This document shows positions 1-9,728 of a stretch of DNA of 64,000 nucleotides, piece after piece. Where the stretch lies: positions 128,001 to 192,000 of the forward strand of contig CAVXTP010000006.1 of NCBI GenBank assembly GCA_963764715.1. The letters run 5' to 3'. Source of the DNA: an uncultured Acidobacteriota bacterium (GTDB lineage Bacteria > Acidobacteriota > Thermoanaerobaculia > UBA5066 > Gp7-AA6). The notes under the pieces were generated by a model that had not been told where the DNA came from, ran no database searches, and saw nothing but the letters and a program-made list of their open reading frames with translations. Made by a program: the position numbers and the translations under genes. Position 1 is the first letter of the stretch. Every line of letters begins with the position of its first letter.

Positions 1-97
1 CCCACCCGCGTTCGAGCAGGCCGAGGAACTTGCTGACGATGAACGTCTCCGAAACCTGCGGAAACGCCGACACGACGAGCGCTACGCGGCCGGGCAC
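1..97 (-). CDS. Glycosyltransferase family 4 (WcaL-like), 5' end only; runs off the window
   Basis: Manual translation from GTG at 97: MPGRVALVVSAFPQVSETFIVSKFLGLLERGW. FPxxSETF is typical of WcaL-like GT4 N-termini. GAGGAG RBS upstream; overlaps the stop of the preceding gene. Confidence 0.7.
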   Translation of the reverse strand, partial: MPGRVALVVSAFPQVSETFIVSKFLGLLERGW

Positions 98-1299
98 GTT
101 CGGGTCTCCTCGAAAAGCTGGACGAATTCGCGGACGTGGCGCTCTCCGGTGAAGTCGCGGACGACGCGGTCCCGGGCCGCGCGACCCATGGTGCGTCGAA
201 GCTCCTCGTCCCGCGCCAGGCGGAGGAGGGCGTCCCCCATGGCGTCCGGGTCCCAGAGAGGCACGATGAGACCCTCCACGCCGTGCGTGACGCCCTCGCG
301 GGCCCCGCCGCAGTCGGTCATCACGACCGGCAGGCCGCAGCCCATGGCCTCGACGCCCGCATTGGAGAGACCCTCGGTCAGGCTCGGCAGCAGGAAAATG
401 TCCGAGCGCCGGAGCTCGTCTCTCACTTCGATCGGAGAGCGGCGACCGAGCACCCGGACGTGGTCCTGGAGGCCGAGGTCGTCGATGGCGAAGAGAACTC
501 TCTGTTTCTCCGGCCCTTCTCCGACGATGGTCAGCAGGATCGGCACCCCGGCGTCGACGACGCGGCGAACCGCCTGGAGCCCGTAGCTCAAACCCTTGGT
601 CCAGTCGAGCCTTCCGACCGTCACGACGCGGAGGCGGTCGGAGGGCTCCCGTTCGGCCGCCGGGGAGAAGAAGTCGGGATCGACGCCGGCCCGAATGACG
701 CGCGCCTTGGCGGGATCGAGACCGAACTTCGCCGCCTCCCGCTCGATCGCGCTCGAGACACAGTGGACTCGAAATGCCCGGCCGAAGGTGATGGGCAACC
801 CCTGCCGGACGTTGCGATGCGGGTGGTAGGGGGCGACGTTGACCTGGGAGCCCCGGCAGCTCACGACGACCGGCTTGCCCAGCTCGAAGAGCGGCATGTG
901 GTCGATCGCGGCCGAGTTCCACGGAAAGTAGATCACGTCGCAGGACACCCCGGCGTACGGCAGGAGCCGGTTGAGCGTCCGCAGCCGCTCGGTGGTCGAC
1001 CGTTCTTTCGCCGCGGCCCGCCAGAATGTCCGCACGTCGCGCGGCGACCGCACCAGGGCCCGCAGCAGCAGCCACCCGAGCCACAAGACGCGCAGGACGC
1101 GCGGCCCCTCCCAGGCGCGGGTCTTGAAAGTCCGCAGGTCCGAACGAAGGAACCATTCTTCGTCGGGCCACTTCGTGAAGGCGATCCGGACGTGGAGGCC
1201 CGCGCCCGCGAGCCCGCGCATGAGGCGGCCGAGGAACGTCTGCGGCGGCCAGGCCGTGCCGACGACGAGAATCCGCAGGGGACGCGCCGCCCTAGGCAT
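82..1299 (-). CDS. Glycosyltransferase family 4 (GT-B)
   Basis: 405 aa ORF with VGRLDWTKG, DIFLLPSLTEGLSNAGVEAMGCGLPVV (E-x7-E motif) and a GT4-type C-terminus. Confidence 0.9.
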   Translation of the reverse strand: MPRAARPLRILVVGTAWPPQTFLGRLMRGLAGAGLHVRIAFTKWPDEEWFLRSDLRTFKTRAWEGPRVLRVLWLGWLLLRALVRSPRDVRTFWRAAAKERSTTERLRTLNRLLPYAGVSCDVIYFPWNSAAIDHMPLFELGKPVVVSCRGSQVNVAPYHPHRNVRQGLPITFGRAFRVHCVSSAIEREAAKFGLDPAKARVIRAGVDPDFFSPAAEREPSDRLRVVTVGRLDWTKGLSYGLQAVRRVVDAGVPILLTIVGEGPEKQRVLFAIDDLGLQDHVRVLGRRSPIEVRDELRRSDIFLLPSLTEGLSNAGVEAMGCGLPVVMTDCGGAREGVTHGVEGLIVPLWDPDAMGDALLRLARDEELRRTMGRAARDRVVRDFTGERHVREFVQLFEETRTCPAA

Positions 1300-3118
1300 T
1301 GGCCTCCAGCCAGCCGGACAGCGTCAGGAGCATCGAGACCGTGTACCCGCGGCCCTCCTCCAGAGGCGACCTGGAAAAGTCCTCGAGCAGCGCTTCGATC
1401 CGGCGGGGCTCCACGAGCTCGTGGAGGCGGGCCCCTTTCGCGAGCAACGCCTCGCGCAGCCGCTGGCTTCCGGGTCCCGAGAACTGGATTTCCCAGTTGC
1501 GCTCGGCCGATGGCGGCCTTCCCCGGAGAAGACGGACGGCCTTTCTCGCCGCGCGCCATGGAAGCAGCCAGGTGTGAAAGTGGCGCTGCCAGTAGAGATC
1601 CGTGCCGTACGCCTGCCACGTGATCCGCGCGAGGTCCGGCGCGAAGCGCTTCAAGTAGTCGATCTGGAGACGCCGTCCCCGGACGTGCTCCGTCGGGACG
1701 GTGGCGAAAAAGTCCCCCATCCTCGTGTCGTAGAACGGGAGCTTCGGAAACGCGCCGGCCTGGTACATGCGAAGGCTCGCGAGCGTCCAACGGAACGACC
1801 ATTGCTCGGTCTTGAAGGCCTTCACGCGAAAATCCGGATCGGCGATCCCGCCGAGGGGCTCGAGCTCGCGCTCGACGAATCCTCGCGCGATCTTCCCCGG
1901 GTCTTCGCCCGCGACGTGCGGAGCCACGACCTCACGGAGGAGCCAGTCCCGGCCCCGCTTGGCGACCTTCTTGAAGGCGTGTGCGGCGACGGCGGGCGGA
2001 TCGGTGTCCGCGTTCGAAACTCCCATGTCGTCGAGCCAGACGTCGCCCCAGTGCGCCGCGATCACCGCGTCCGCGCGCCCGGCCAGCAAGTGCGTGACCG
2101 CGGCCTGGCGGGCCTGCGTGACGTCCTGGAACCCCTCGACGCAGCCGAGGACCGCCGGCAGGCGATCGAAGAGATAGCGCCCGATCACGAGCGTCTCGAT
2201 CGGGACGGCCCGCGCCTCCGCAACCCGCCGGGCGATCCGGGTCTCGTCGGAATCCGCGGAATAGCCGTAGGAATAGGACCACAGCCGCTCGCGACCGGCG
2301 GCCCCGTCGCGCGTCAGCGCGGCGAGAGTCGAGCGCGAATCGAGGCCGCCGGAGATCGGAACGGCGATGCGCCCGGTCGCCGGTCTCGTCGTCGAGCACG
2401 CGATGCAGCACGTCCGCGAACTCCGCGACCGTGTCGGCGTAGGAACGGGCCCGATCCGGCCGGTGGCTCCATTGCCAGTAGCGCTCCTCGCGCGACCGGC
2501 TGGCCCGAGGCCGTGAACACGGCATGGGTCGCGGGGCGAAGCACCCTCACGTCGTCGAAGAAGGTCCGGTCGCCGGGGAAGAATCCGCAGGCCATGAACC
2601 CGGCCAGCGCCGGCCAGTCGAGCCGCCGCCGCGAGGCCGCCGCGGCGACCGACGCGAAGCAGGTTCCGAGCGCCGAGCGGGTCCCGTCGCTCCCGACGTA
2701 CGCGTGGATGGTGCCGAAGCGGTCGGTCCAGACGTGCCACTGCCTCCTCGGATCGGTCCCAGGCCAGGAGCAGAAGGTGACCGTTCAGCGCGTCGGCGGA
2801 TCGGCGGCCGTCGGCGACGTCGCCGACCAGCGTTGCCGGGTCCTCGCCGGAAGGCGCGATCAGGTCGCCGAGAAGCCAGAACTCCCAGGACCCCGACGAC
2901 ATCGTCCGGAGGGGGAAGCCCTTCCAGCTCGCTCCGGCCGGAGAGAGCCACACTCCGCCCGACCCCTTCCAGTCGCCCCCGTCGGGAAAGCGCCGCGGCG
3001 ACTTCGCGGCGTCCCCGCCGAAGGTCACGAGGAGGTCGCCGCACGCGCCCGCCTGCTCGGGCCTCGAGCGATCCATGGCGTCCGGCCGCTCGGCGGTCGC
3101 CGACACGCGCTCGCTCAT
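1292..3118 (-). CDS. Asparagine synthase-related (AsnB-like) ATP-dependent amidotransferase/ligase, with 3 apparent +1 frameshifts
   Basis: Pieces in three frames join into one protein: LNGHLLLLAWD / WTDRFGTIHAY..GFFPGDRTFFDDVRVL / ERYWQW..VLHRVL / IAVPISGGLDSR (PP-loop)..PFYD. Breaks near 2745, 2495 and 2375, each repaired by removing one base. Confidence 0.75.
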   Translation of the reverse strand: MSERVSATAERPDAMDRSRPEQAGACGDLLVTFGGDAAKSPRRFPDGGDWKGSGGVWLSPAGASWKGFPLRTMSSGSWEFWLLGDLIAPSGEDPATLVGDVADGRRSADALNGHLLLLAWDRSEEAVARLDRPLRHHPRVRRERRDPLGARNLLRVGRRGGLAAAARLAGAGRVHGLRILPRRPDLLRRREGASPRDPCRVHGLGPAGRARSATGNGATGRIGPVPTPTRSRSSRTCCIACSTTRPATGRIAVPISGGLDSRSTLAALTRDGAAGRERLWSYSYGYSADSDETRIARRVAEARAVPIETLVIGRYLFDRLPAVLGCVEGFQDVTQARQAAVTHLLAGRADAVIAAHWGDVWLDDMGVSNADTDPPAVAAHAFKKVAKRGRDWLLREVVAPHVAGEDPGKIARGFVERELEPLGGIADPDFRVKAFKTEQWSFRWTLASLRMYQAGAFPKLPFYDTRMGDFFATVPTEHVRGRRLQIDYLKRFAPDLARITWQAYGTDLYWQRHFHTWLLPWRAARKAVRLLRGRPPSAERNWEIQFSGPGSQRLREALLAKGARLHELVEPRRIEALLEDFSRSPLEEGRGYTVSMLLTLSGWLEANA

Positions 3119-4251
3119 GCCGCGTTCCGCCTCAATTCCGCTCCGAGGATGTCCGAGTAGATCGCCTCGTACGCCGCGACTTCGCGGTCGATCGTGTAGT
3201 TCGCCAGGACCCGACGCCGGCCCGCCGCCCCGAGAGCGCGCCGCGCCGGGGCATCCTCCGCCAGGCGTCGCAGGGCCGCCCCCAGCGCGGCGGGATCGCG
3301 GGGACGGACGAGGTGGCCGCTCGTCCCGTCTTCGATGACGTCGCGCGAGCCCGGCACGTCGGCCGCAACGCACGGAAGCCCGGAGGACATGGCCTCCAAA
3401 AGCGCCACCGGGCACCCTTCGCCGGTCGGCGTCGGAAGAACGAAGACGTCGACCTCGGAGAGCAGCGCCGGAACGTCCTGGATCTCGCCGAGGAACGAGA
3501 CCCGGTCCGCCACTCCGAGCTCGCCCGCCTGCTTCCTCAGCCCCGCCGCATGGGCCGGGTCGAGCTCCTTGCCGGCGAGCCAGAGATGGGCGCCCGGAAC
3601 GTGGAGGAGAGACTCGATCAGCACCGGATGTCCCTTGATCGGCACGAGCTGCGCGACGCAACCGATCACGGGCGCGCCGGGCGGCGTTCCGAGCCGGGAG
3701 CGCAACCCCAGGCGCGGAGGCGTGCCGGGCTGAAAGCGATCCGTATCCACGCTCGTGGGCACGAGGACGCCCTTGCGCCGGTAGAGCGGGGAGCCGAAGA
3801 AATCCCGGAGCATGTCGGTGTTCTGCGCCGCCACTCGCGTGGCGAGGAGCGACCTCAGCCGCCAGGCCCGGCTGCCCCAACTCATGTTCTTCTTCGTGTA
3901 CATCCAGGACCGCGTTCCGGCGAAGCGCGCCACGATCGGCTCGGTGTAGTCGTCGAGATAGTGAAAGGAGTGCCAGAGCGCGAAGCGCGACCCGCGAAAG
4001 GCCTTCGCCGCGCGCCGCGCCCGGATCCCGAGAGTCGCCAGCGGCCGGGCCGCGACCGTGAACGGCCGGCAGACGCAGCGGATGCCGGACCTCTCGATCT
4101 CGGCCTCGAGCCGCCCCCCGGCCCGCAGGACTGCGATCGTCGGCGCAAACCGCGAGCGATCCAGCCTCGAGACGACGTTCCACATCGCCTGGCCGGAGCC
4201 GGCCGTCACGAAGTTGGGGATGGTGAAGAGGATCGGAACCGGGGTCGCCAC
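3115..4251 (-). CDS. Glycosyltransferase family 4 (GT-B)
   Basis: In-frame GTG at 4251 within ORF 3115..5088. ILFTIPNFVTAGSG N-terminus; DVFVLPTPTGEGCPVALLEAMSSGLPCV motif. Confidence 0.85.
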   Translation of the reverse strand: MATPVPILFTIPNFVTAGSGQAMWNVVSRLDRSRFAPTIAVLRAGGRLEAEIERSGIRCVCRPFTVAARPLATLGIRARRAAKAFRGSRFALWHSFHYLDDYTEPIVARFAGTRSWMYTKKNMSWGSRAWRLRSLLATRVAAQNTDMLRDFFGSPLYRRKGVLVPTSVDTDRFQPGTPPRLGLRSRLGTPPGAPVIGCVAQLVPIKGHPVLIESLLHVPGAHLWLAGKELDPAHAAGLRKQAGELGVADRVSFLGEIQDVPALLSEVDVFVLPTPTGEGCPVALLEAMSSGLPCVAADVPGSRDVIEDGTSGHLVRPRDPAALGAALRRLAEDAPARRALGAAGRRRVLANYTIDREVAAYEAIYSDILGAELRRNAA

Positions 4252-4259
4252 GTCGTTTC

Positions 4260-5282
4260 CTATGCCCTCGCCGCCGCCACGGCCGGCCGGGCCGCCGGAG
4301 GGGCGGGGTCCTGCCACCAGTGCACGCGCACGAAGCGGCGCAGGGACTGCGGCGCGGAAAGGCGCGGCAGGAGGTATCGGTTCGTCGACCGGTCGATCGG
4401 GGTGACCTCGGTCGTGAACGCGGCGGCGTAGCCCGCGCGCGCCGCCTCCTCGGGCGACTCGGCAACGAAGTTTCCGTTGGGGTACGCGAACGCGCGGCAC
4501 GGGCGGGAAAGCCGCGTCTCGATCTCGCGGCGGGACTCGCAGAGCTCCCGCAGTCGTTCCGCGCCGGGCTGTTCGGCGTGGTGGGCGTCGTGATGCACGC
4601 CGTGGCTTCCGATGGCGACGCCGGCGTCCGCCAGCTGCCCGAGCTCCTTCCACGTGAGCATCCGGAGCGCGGGGAACCGGGCCAGGAGCCTCGACGATTC
4701 TCCGGCCGGGAACTGGGCGCGGATCGATTCCATCGCCGCGTTCTTCACGTTCGCGGGCAACGCCTTCAGCCCGGGACGCACCACGCGGAAGACGCGCTCG
4801 CGCTCTTCGCGCGTCGAGAGGGGCCAGGACGCCCCCAGCGCCTCGATGCGGCGGGCGTCCCCGTAGAGCGCCAGCATCGAGAACTCGTCGAGCCAGAGGG
4901 CCCGGTTCTCGCCGAGCTCCCCAACCGACGCGAAGAGGGTCCAGGGCAGGCGGCGCCGATCCATCAATTCCGCGACCCGGAGGTTGTTGGCGAAGCCGTC
5001 GTCGAACGTGACCAGGGCCGCCGACTCGGGCAACGAGTCCGGCCGGTCGAGCCCGTCGAGAAACTCCTCGAGGCCGAGCAGGCGACATCGGCGAAGGTAG
5101 TTCATCTGGTCGGTGAAGACCTGCCAGCCGTGATGGTTGCGCTCGAGGAGCGGGTCCCGGCGCCGTTCGATGACTCCGTGGTAGCGGAAGATGCGGATGC
5201 CGCGGCGGCGGACCGCGCCCCGGAGCAGGCCCCCGAAGTAGCCGCGCCCCGCGTCGAGCCAGGCATCCACTCTATGGAACAC
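4260..5282 (-). CDS. Polysaccharide deacetylase (CE4/NodB homology)
   Basis: IFRYHGV, LVTFDDG, IGSHGVHH and FAYPNG motifs. GTG at 5282 with GAGGGG upstream; alternative ATG at 5348. Confidence 0.85.
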   Translation of the reverse strand: MFHRVDAWLDAGRGYFGGLLRGAVRRRGIRIFRYHGVIERRRDPLLERNHHGWQVFTDQMNYLRRCRLLGLEEFLDGLDRPDSLPESAALVTFDDGFANNLRVAELMDRRRLPWTLFASVGELGENRALWLDEFSMLALYGDARRIEALGASWPLSTREERERVFRVVRPGLKALPANVKNAAMESIRAQFPAGESSRLLARFPALRMLTWKELGQLADAGVAIGSHGVHHDAHHAEQPGAERLRELCESRREIETRLSRPCRAFAYPNGNFVAESPEEAARAGYAAAFTTEVTPIDRSTNRYLLPRLSAPQSLRRFVRVHWWQDPAPPAARPAVAAARA

Positions 5283-6628
5283 GGTCCCCTCGCCGGGAGC
5301 GCCGGCTCGGGCAGCGTCGCCGGGGACGAAATGCTCCGCGTCGACCATCCGAGCATCGGCCGGACCGCGCCGCGAAAATCGCCGCCCCAGTCCCCGCGCG
5401 CCGAGTCTCCGTCCATGCTGTCGACCACGTGGAACGCGACGGCCTGCCGCTCTTCGAAGTGACGAGTCAACGGGTGCGTCGTCAGCAGCTCCACGTTGAC
5501 GATGACCGTGCCCTCGGTCAGAAGGTTCCCGGGGACCCATGCCGTGGTGGCATACCGGCCGGGCGGCCGGACCTTGCCCCGCCACTCCGGGTCGGTTTCG
5601 AGGGAGCCGAAGAGCAGCAGCCCTTCCTCGTTGTAGAAGTCGTAGCTCGCCGAGAGGGTCCAGCCGTCCTCGAGGACGTCGAATTCCATCTCGATGCCGA
5701 CGGGCTTCCGGATGTCGACCGCGTCGGTGACCTCGCCTCCGGACGCGCGCACGCGCACCGAGCGCAGGCGCGCCGCCCGGCTCGCCGGCGCCGTTCCGGG
5801 GTCCCGCCACTCCCGCTCCGCCGTCGTGCCGATGTCCGACGAGAGATAGCGGCCAACGACCTGGTGGGACGGCCCGTCGGCCGCCACGCCTCCCGCGTCG
5901 AGCATGATCGTCCGGCTGCAGAGGCGCGCGATCGCCGGCATGTTGTGCGACACGAACAGGACGGTCCGGCCCCGGCGGCCGACGTCCTCCATCTTCTCGA
6001 GACACTTGCGCTGAAACTTCGCGTCGCCGACCGCCAGCACCTCGTCGACCAGCATGATCTCCGGGTCGAGATGAGCGGCGACGCTGAAGGCCAGCCGCAG
6101 GTACATCCCCGACGAGTAGTGCTTGACGGGCGTGTCCACGAACTTCTCCACGCCGGCGAAGGCCACGATCTCGTCGAACTTGTCCTCGATCTCGCGGCGC
6201 CGCATCCCGAGGATGGCTCCGTTCAGGTAGATGTTCTCGCCGCCCGTCAGCTCCTGGTGGAAGCCGGTGCCGACCTCGAGAAGCGACCCGACCCGCCCGC
6301 GGATCTCGGCCGAGCCGGCCGACGGCTCCGTGATCCTCGAGAGGATCTTCAACAGGGTGCTCTTCCCGGCGCCGTTGCGGCCGATGATGCCGACGACCTC
6401 CCCGCGAGCCACCCGGAACGAGACGTTCCGCAACGCCCAGATCGTCTCGCCCGGCCGCCGGGCGGGACCGCGGCCGGCGAGGCGCCGCACGGCGCGAACC
6501 GGGGCCGCCGCGGCGTCCGAGAGGACCTCGCGGAGCGACTTGTACCGGGCGTGCCGCTCGCCGATCCGGTACTGCTTTCCGAGCCCTTCGACCCGGATCG
6601 CGTCCCCGGCGTCAAACGACGTCGGCAA
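5102..6628 (-). CDS. wzt: Wzt polysaccharide ABC transporter ATP-binding protein with Wzt C-terminal domain (copy 1)
   Basis: GRNGAGKST, SLLEVGTGFH, YSSGMYLRLAF, LVDEVLAVGD, VSHN. The last ~60 codons overlap the deacetylase gene and look non-coding, so the true stop may be near 5273 if one frameshift is present. Confidence 0.88.
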   Translation of the reverse strand: MPTSFDAGDAIRVEGLGKQYRIGERHARYKSLREVLSDAAAAPVRAVRRLAGRGPARRPGETIWALRNVSFRVARGEVVGIIGRNGAGKSTLLKILSRITEPSAGSAEIRGRVGSLLEVGTGFHQELTGGENIYLNGAILGMRRREIEDKFDEIVAFAGVEKFVDTPVKHYSSGMYLRLAFSVAAHLDPEIMLVDEVLAVGDAKFQRKCLEKMEDVGRRGRTVLFVSHNMPAIARLCSRTIMLDAGGVAADGPSHQVVGRYLSSDIGTTAEREWRDPGTAPASRAARLRSVRVRASGGEVTDAVDIRKPVGIEMEFDVLEDGWTLSASYDFYNEEGLLLFGSLETDPEWRGKVRPPGRYATTAWVPGNLLTEGTVIVNVELLTTHPLTRHFEERQAVAFHVVDSMDGDSARGDWGGDFRGAVRPMLGWSTRSISSPATLPEPALPARGPCSIEWMPGSTRGAATSGACSGARSAAAASASSATTESSNGAGTRSSSATITAGRSSPTR

Positions 6629-7460
6629 ACGTCTTCTCCATGCGGCGGAAATAGAATGCCCCGCCGACGAGCAGCACCAGGGCCGCCCCCGCCGAAACGG
6701 CGATCATGGGTCCGGGTGCGGTCTTCGTGTCGAGAAGGGCCCACCGAAATCCCTCGACGACGCCGACCATCGGGTTCAACCCGTACACCGTCCGCCAGGG
6801 CTCGGACAGGAGGCTGCTCGGGTAAACGATCGGCGTCGCGAACATCCAGAACTGCGTCAGGAAGGGGATCGTGTACTTGACGTCGCGGTACTCGACGTTC
6901 AGGACCGAGAGCCAGAGCCCGACGGCGAGGGCGGTCACCAGGGCGAGCAGCAGGAAGAACGGGAGCCAGAGGATCCGCGCCGTCGGGGTGACGCCGTACC
7001 AGAACATCAGTCCCAGGAGAACGACGAACGCGAGAGCGAAGTCCACCAGTCCCGAGAGGACGTTGGCGATGGGAATCGTCAGGCGCGGGAAGTAGACCTT
7101 CTTGATGAGGTTCGCGCTGTCGACCAGGCTGTTGGCCGACTGGGAAAGCCCGCTCGCGAAGAACGTCCAGGGCACCAGCGCCGCGTACGCGAAGATCGGA
7201 TACGGGATCCCGTCGGACGGCATCTTCGCGAGCTTCCCGAAGAAGAGGCTGAAGACGACCATCGAAAAGAAGGGCTGGATGATGGCCCAGGCCGCACCGA
7301 GCGCGGTCTGCTTGTAGCGGACCTTGATGTCCCGCCACACCAGGAAGTAGAGAAGCTCCCGATACGCCCACAGGTCCCCCAGCCTCAGCGCGATCCAGCC
7401 CCGGCTCGGCCGGATCACGATCGTCGGAATTTCGAGTTTCTCTTCGGCCACAGAGCTCAT
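6612..7460 (-). CDS. wzm: Wzm polysaccharide ABC-2 transporter permease
   Basis: ATG at 7460 (MSSVAEEK). RDIKVRYKQTALGAAWAIIQP, LIKKVYFPR, TPIVYP and LNPM motifs; hydrophobic. Confidence 0.92.
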   Translation of the reverse strand: MSSVAEEKLEIPTIVIRPSRGWIALRLGDLWAYRELLYFLVWRDIKVRYKQTALGAAWAIIQPFFSMVVFSLFFGKLAKMPSDGIPYPIFAYAALVPWTFFASGLSQSANSLVDSANLIKKVYFPRLTIPIANVLSGLVDFALAFVVLLGLMFWYGVTPTARILWLPFFLLLALVTALAVGLWLSVLNVEYRDVKYTIPFLTQFWMFATPIVYPSSLLSEPWRTVYGLNPMVGVVEGFRWALLDTKTAPGPMIAVSAGAALVLLVGGAFYFRRMEKTFADVV

Positions 7461-8723
7461 CGTTCGTTCACCTTTCGCTGGGTTTTTGCGCCGGGAGCAC
7501 CGACGCTCAGAAGACGTTCGTAAATCGAGGCGAACTGCTCGGCCATGCGATCGATCGAGAATCGTTCGGCGATCCGAGGCCCCCGCGCCGCGAACGACGC
7601 CCGGACTTCCGGCGGACAGCATCTTCCGCATCGCGTCCGCGAGCGCCTCCTCGGACTCGGACGGCACCACGAGCGCGCCATCGCTCGCCGACCATCTCCG
7701 GAACGCCCCCCACCGGCGTCGCGATGGACGGAAGCCTCGCCGCGAGCGCCTCGACGAGCGCGATCGGAAAACCCTCGAAGCGGGAAGAGAGCACGAACAC
7801 GTCGAGTTCCCGGAGGAACGCGGGCACATTCTCGAGAAACCCCACGAGGTGAAACCGGTCCTTCGAGCCCCGCGCGGGCGATCTCGCCGAGAAGCTCCCG
7901 TTTCAGCGGCCCGCCGCCCGCGATGACGAAGTGGGCGTCCGCGCCCTCCCGAACGATCCGGCCCGCAGCCCGCACGAAGACCTCGTACGCCTTCTCCGAT
8001 ACCAGACGCCCGCTCGCGCCGAAGACGATCGCCTCCGCAGGGATTTTCCATTCCTCGCGCCGCCGAGGATCCCTGGCCGGCGAAGACCGGAACGCGGACA
8101 GGTCGACGCCGCCTCGGGTGACCTCGATCCCGTCCGGGTGAGCCAACCCGCGTTGCCGAAAGTCGCGGGCCAGATCTTCAGCGACCGCCGTAATCGCGCC
8201 GGCCCCGGTCATCAGTCGAGTCGCACGGCGCCAGCGCTCGAGCTCTCGGCCCTCCGGTCGATACTGCCCGTGAATCGTCCAGACCATCGGGAGCCGGGCC
8301 CGGCGAATCGCACCTTCTGCCTGCAGGTCGATTCGGTGCGTCACGTGGGTGTGGACGAGATCGACTCGGCGGCGGGCGAGCTCGCGCGCGAAACGAAACG
8401 GAAATGCCCACACGAGATTCTGACGAAGCCAGCGCGAGACTCGGTAGGACCCGACGTCGAGCGTCGAAGGCCACGGCACTCCGCAAAATCCGACCGGAAG
8501 GCCCGCGTCCAGGAAACGCTGTTTCAGGTCGCCCGTGGCGCCGAAGAGGCAAAGCACGCTGTGGCGGTAGGCTCGGCCCGCCCTCGAGGCCGCGAGACCG
8601 AGAACGAGCCTCTGCACTCCCCCGGCGCCGAGGGTCCCGACGACGTGGAGGACGTGCGGAAGCGCGCCGCCTCCGGGCGGCGGCCCAACCGTCGGTGTCG
8701 GGAGGACGATCGAGCCGCTTCAC
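7457..8723 (-). CDS. Glycosyltransferase family 4, with ~4 apparent frameshifts
   Basis: GTG at 8723 overlaps the upstream TGA. Fragments VLHVVGTLGAGGVQR, GRLVSEKAY, DVFVLSSRFEGFPIALVEALAA and FSIDRMAEQF lie in different frames; breaks near 8685, 7860, 7685 and 7615. Confidence 0.8.
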
Positions 8724-9728
8724 GCCGCCCATCTTTCGGCAAGGCCCGCGAGGCCCGTCGAAACGACGTCGTACCGGTCGCGCAGATGCGCGAACAGGCC
8801 AGCGAGGCTGTCCACGAGCCCCTGCACGTCGGCCGGCGTTCGAGCATAGGGGCTCGCGCCGGGAATGACTTCGACGCTGTGGAACATCACGTTGACGACG
8901 GCCGGGGAGAGGGGATCCCAGCCCTGGATGACCACGTCCGCCCAGGACGCGAGTTCCGCCGGGGTGCCGCGCAGCGGCCGGACCCACATCTTTTCGCGGG
9001 CACCGGACACGAGCGCTCGCACCAGCCTCGACTTGACGGCGCGGTCGGAGAGCCGCCGCAAGAGCAGGCCCGGAAACTTCGCGAGGGCCGGCGACAGTAT
9101 CGTGACAGGGACCTCGAGCAGCCGGAGCGACCCGGCCTTTCGCGGGTCTCGACTTCGACGGATGGTAGGGACGGAGCGGCGCCCCCCAGTAGTTGCAGGA
9201 CAGGCCTCCGGCGTATTCGTTGGTGCGGAAAGGAGTCACGGTGGAGTCCACCTGGTAGCCGAGGTCCTCCAGAAACCCGAGGGTATGCCGACTCAGCGCA
9301 AACCGGCCTCCCCGAAAGCTCTTCGGCACGAATCCCAGCTGCTCCTCGAAGAGCAAAGTCAGGTTCCGCAACTTCTCTCGCTCAACGTCCGGCGCATAGG
9401 CAAGCTGGGGAGCCGACGTGACGGGTGCGTCGGGGTCGGCCTGGGGCTCGATGAACTCGCCATGCAGATGGGTCCCCAGTTCGCACGCCCGCAAGCCTCG
9501 AAGGACGGCGACGCTCGAAGGGTCGCGCAGGATCTCGGGGCTCAGCAGATAGGTCGGAACGATCCCGTGCTCGGCAAAGAGCGGCTGAAGCACCGACGGA
9601 ATGCCTTCCGTCACCGATCGGAATCTGAGTGGGTGCTGGGTCTCCCAATTCGGTCCCTTGTCGCACTCGGTGTCGATACTGACGGTCACGAGGACCTCGC
9701 GACGGCCTTCCTGGCTCGAGACCGTCAT
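8720..9728 (-). CDS. WalW-like polysaccharide deacetylase family protein, frameshifted near 9150
   Basis: VTVSIDTE, PTYLLS, ELGTHLH, SFRGGRF and VDST in ORF 8178..9728. C-terminal VMFHSVEVIPGASPY in ORF 8720..9061. Confidence 0.75.

Noticed and set aside
1292-3118. AsnB-like gene as a lasso-peptide cyclase
   Set aside because: No precursor peptide, RRE or B2 protease nearby; the context is polysaccharide biosynthesis.
5102-5348. Wzt-deacetylase fusion or genuine 180-nt gene overlap
   Set aside because: The overlapping Wzt tail is low-complexity, and a single frameshift would give a stop right at the deacetylase start, consistent with the local error pattern.
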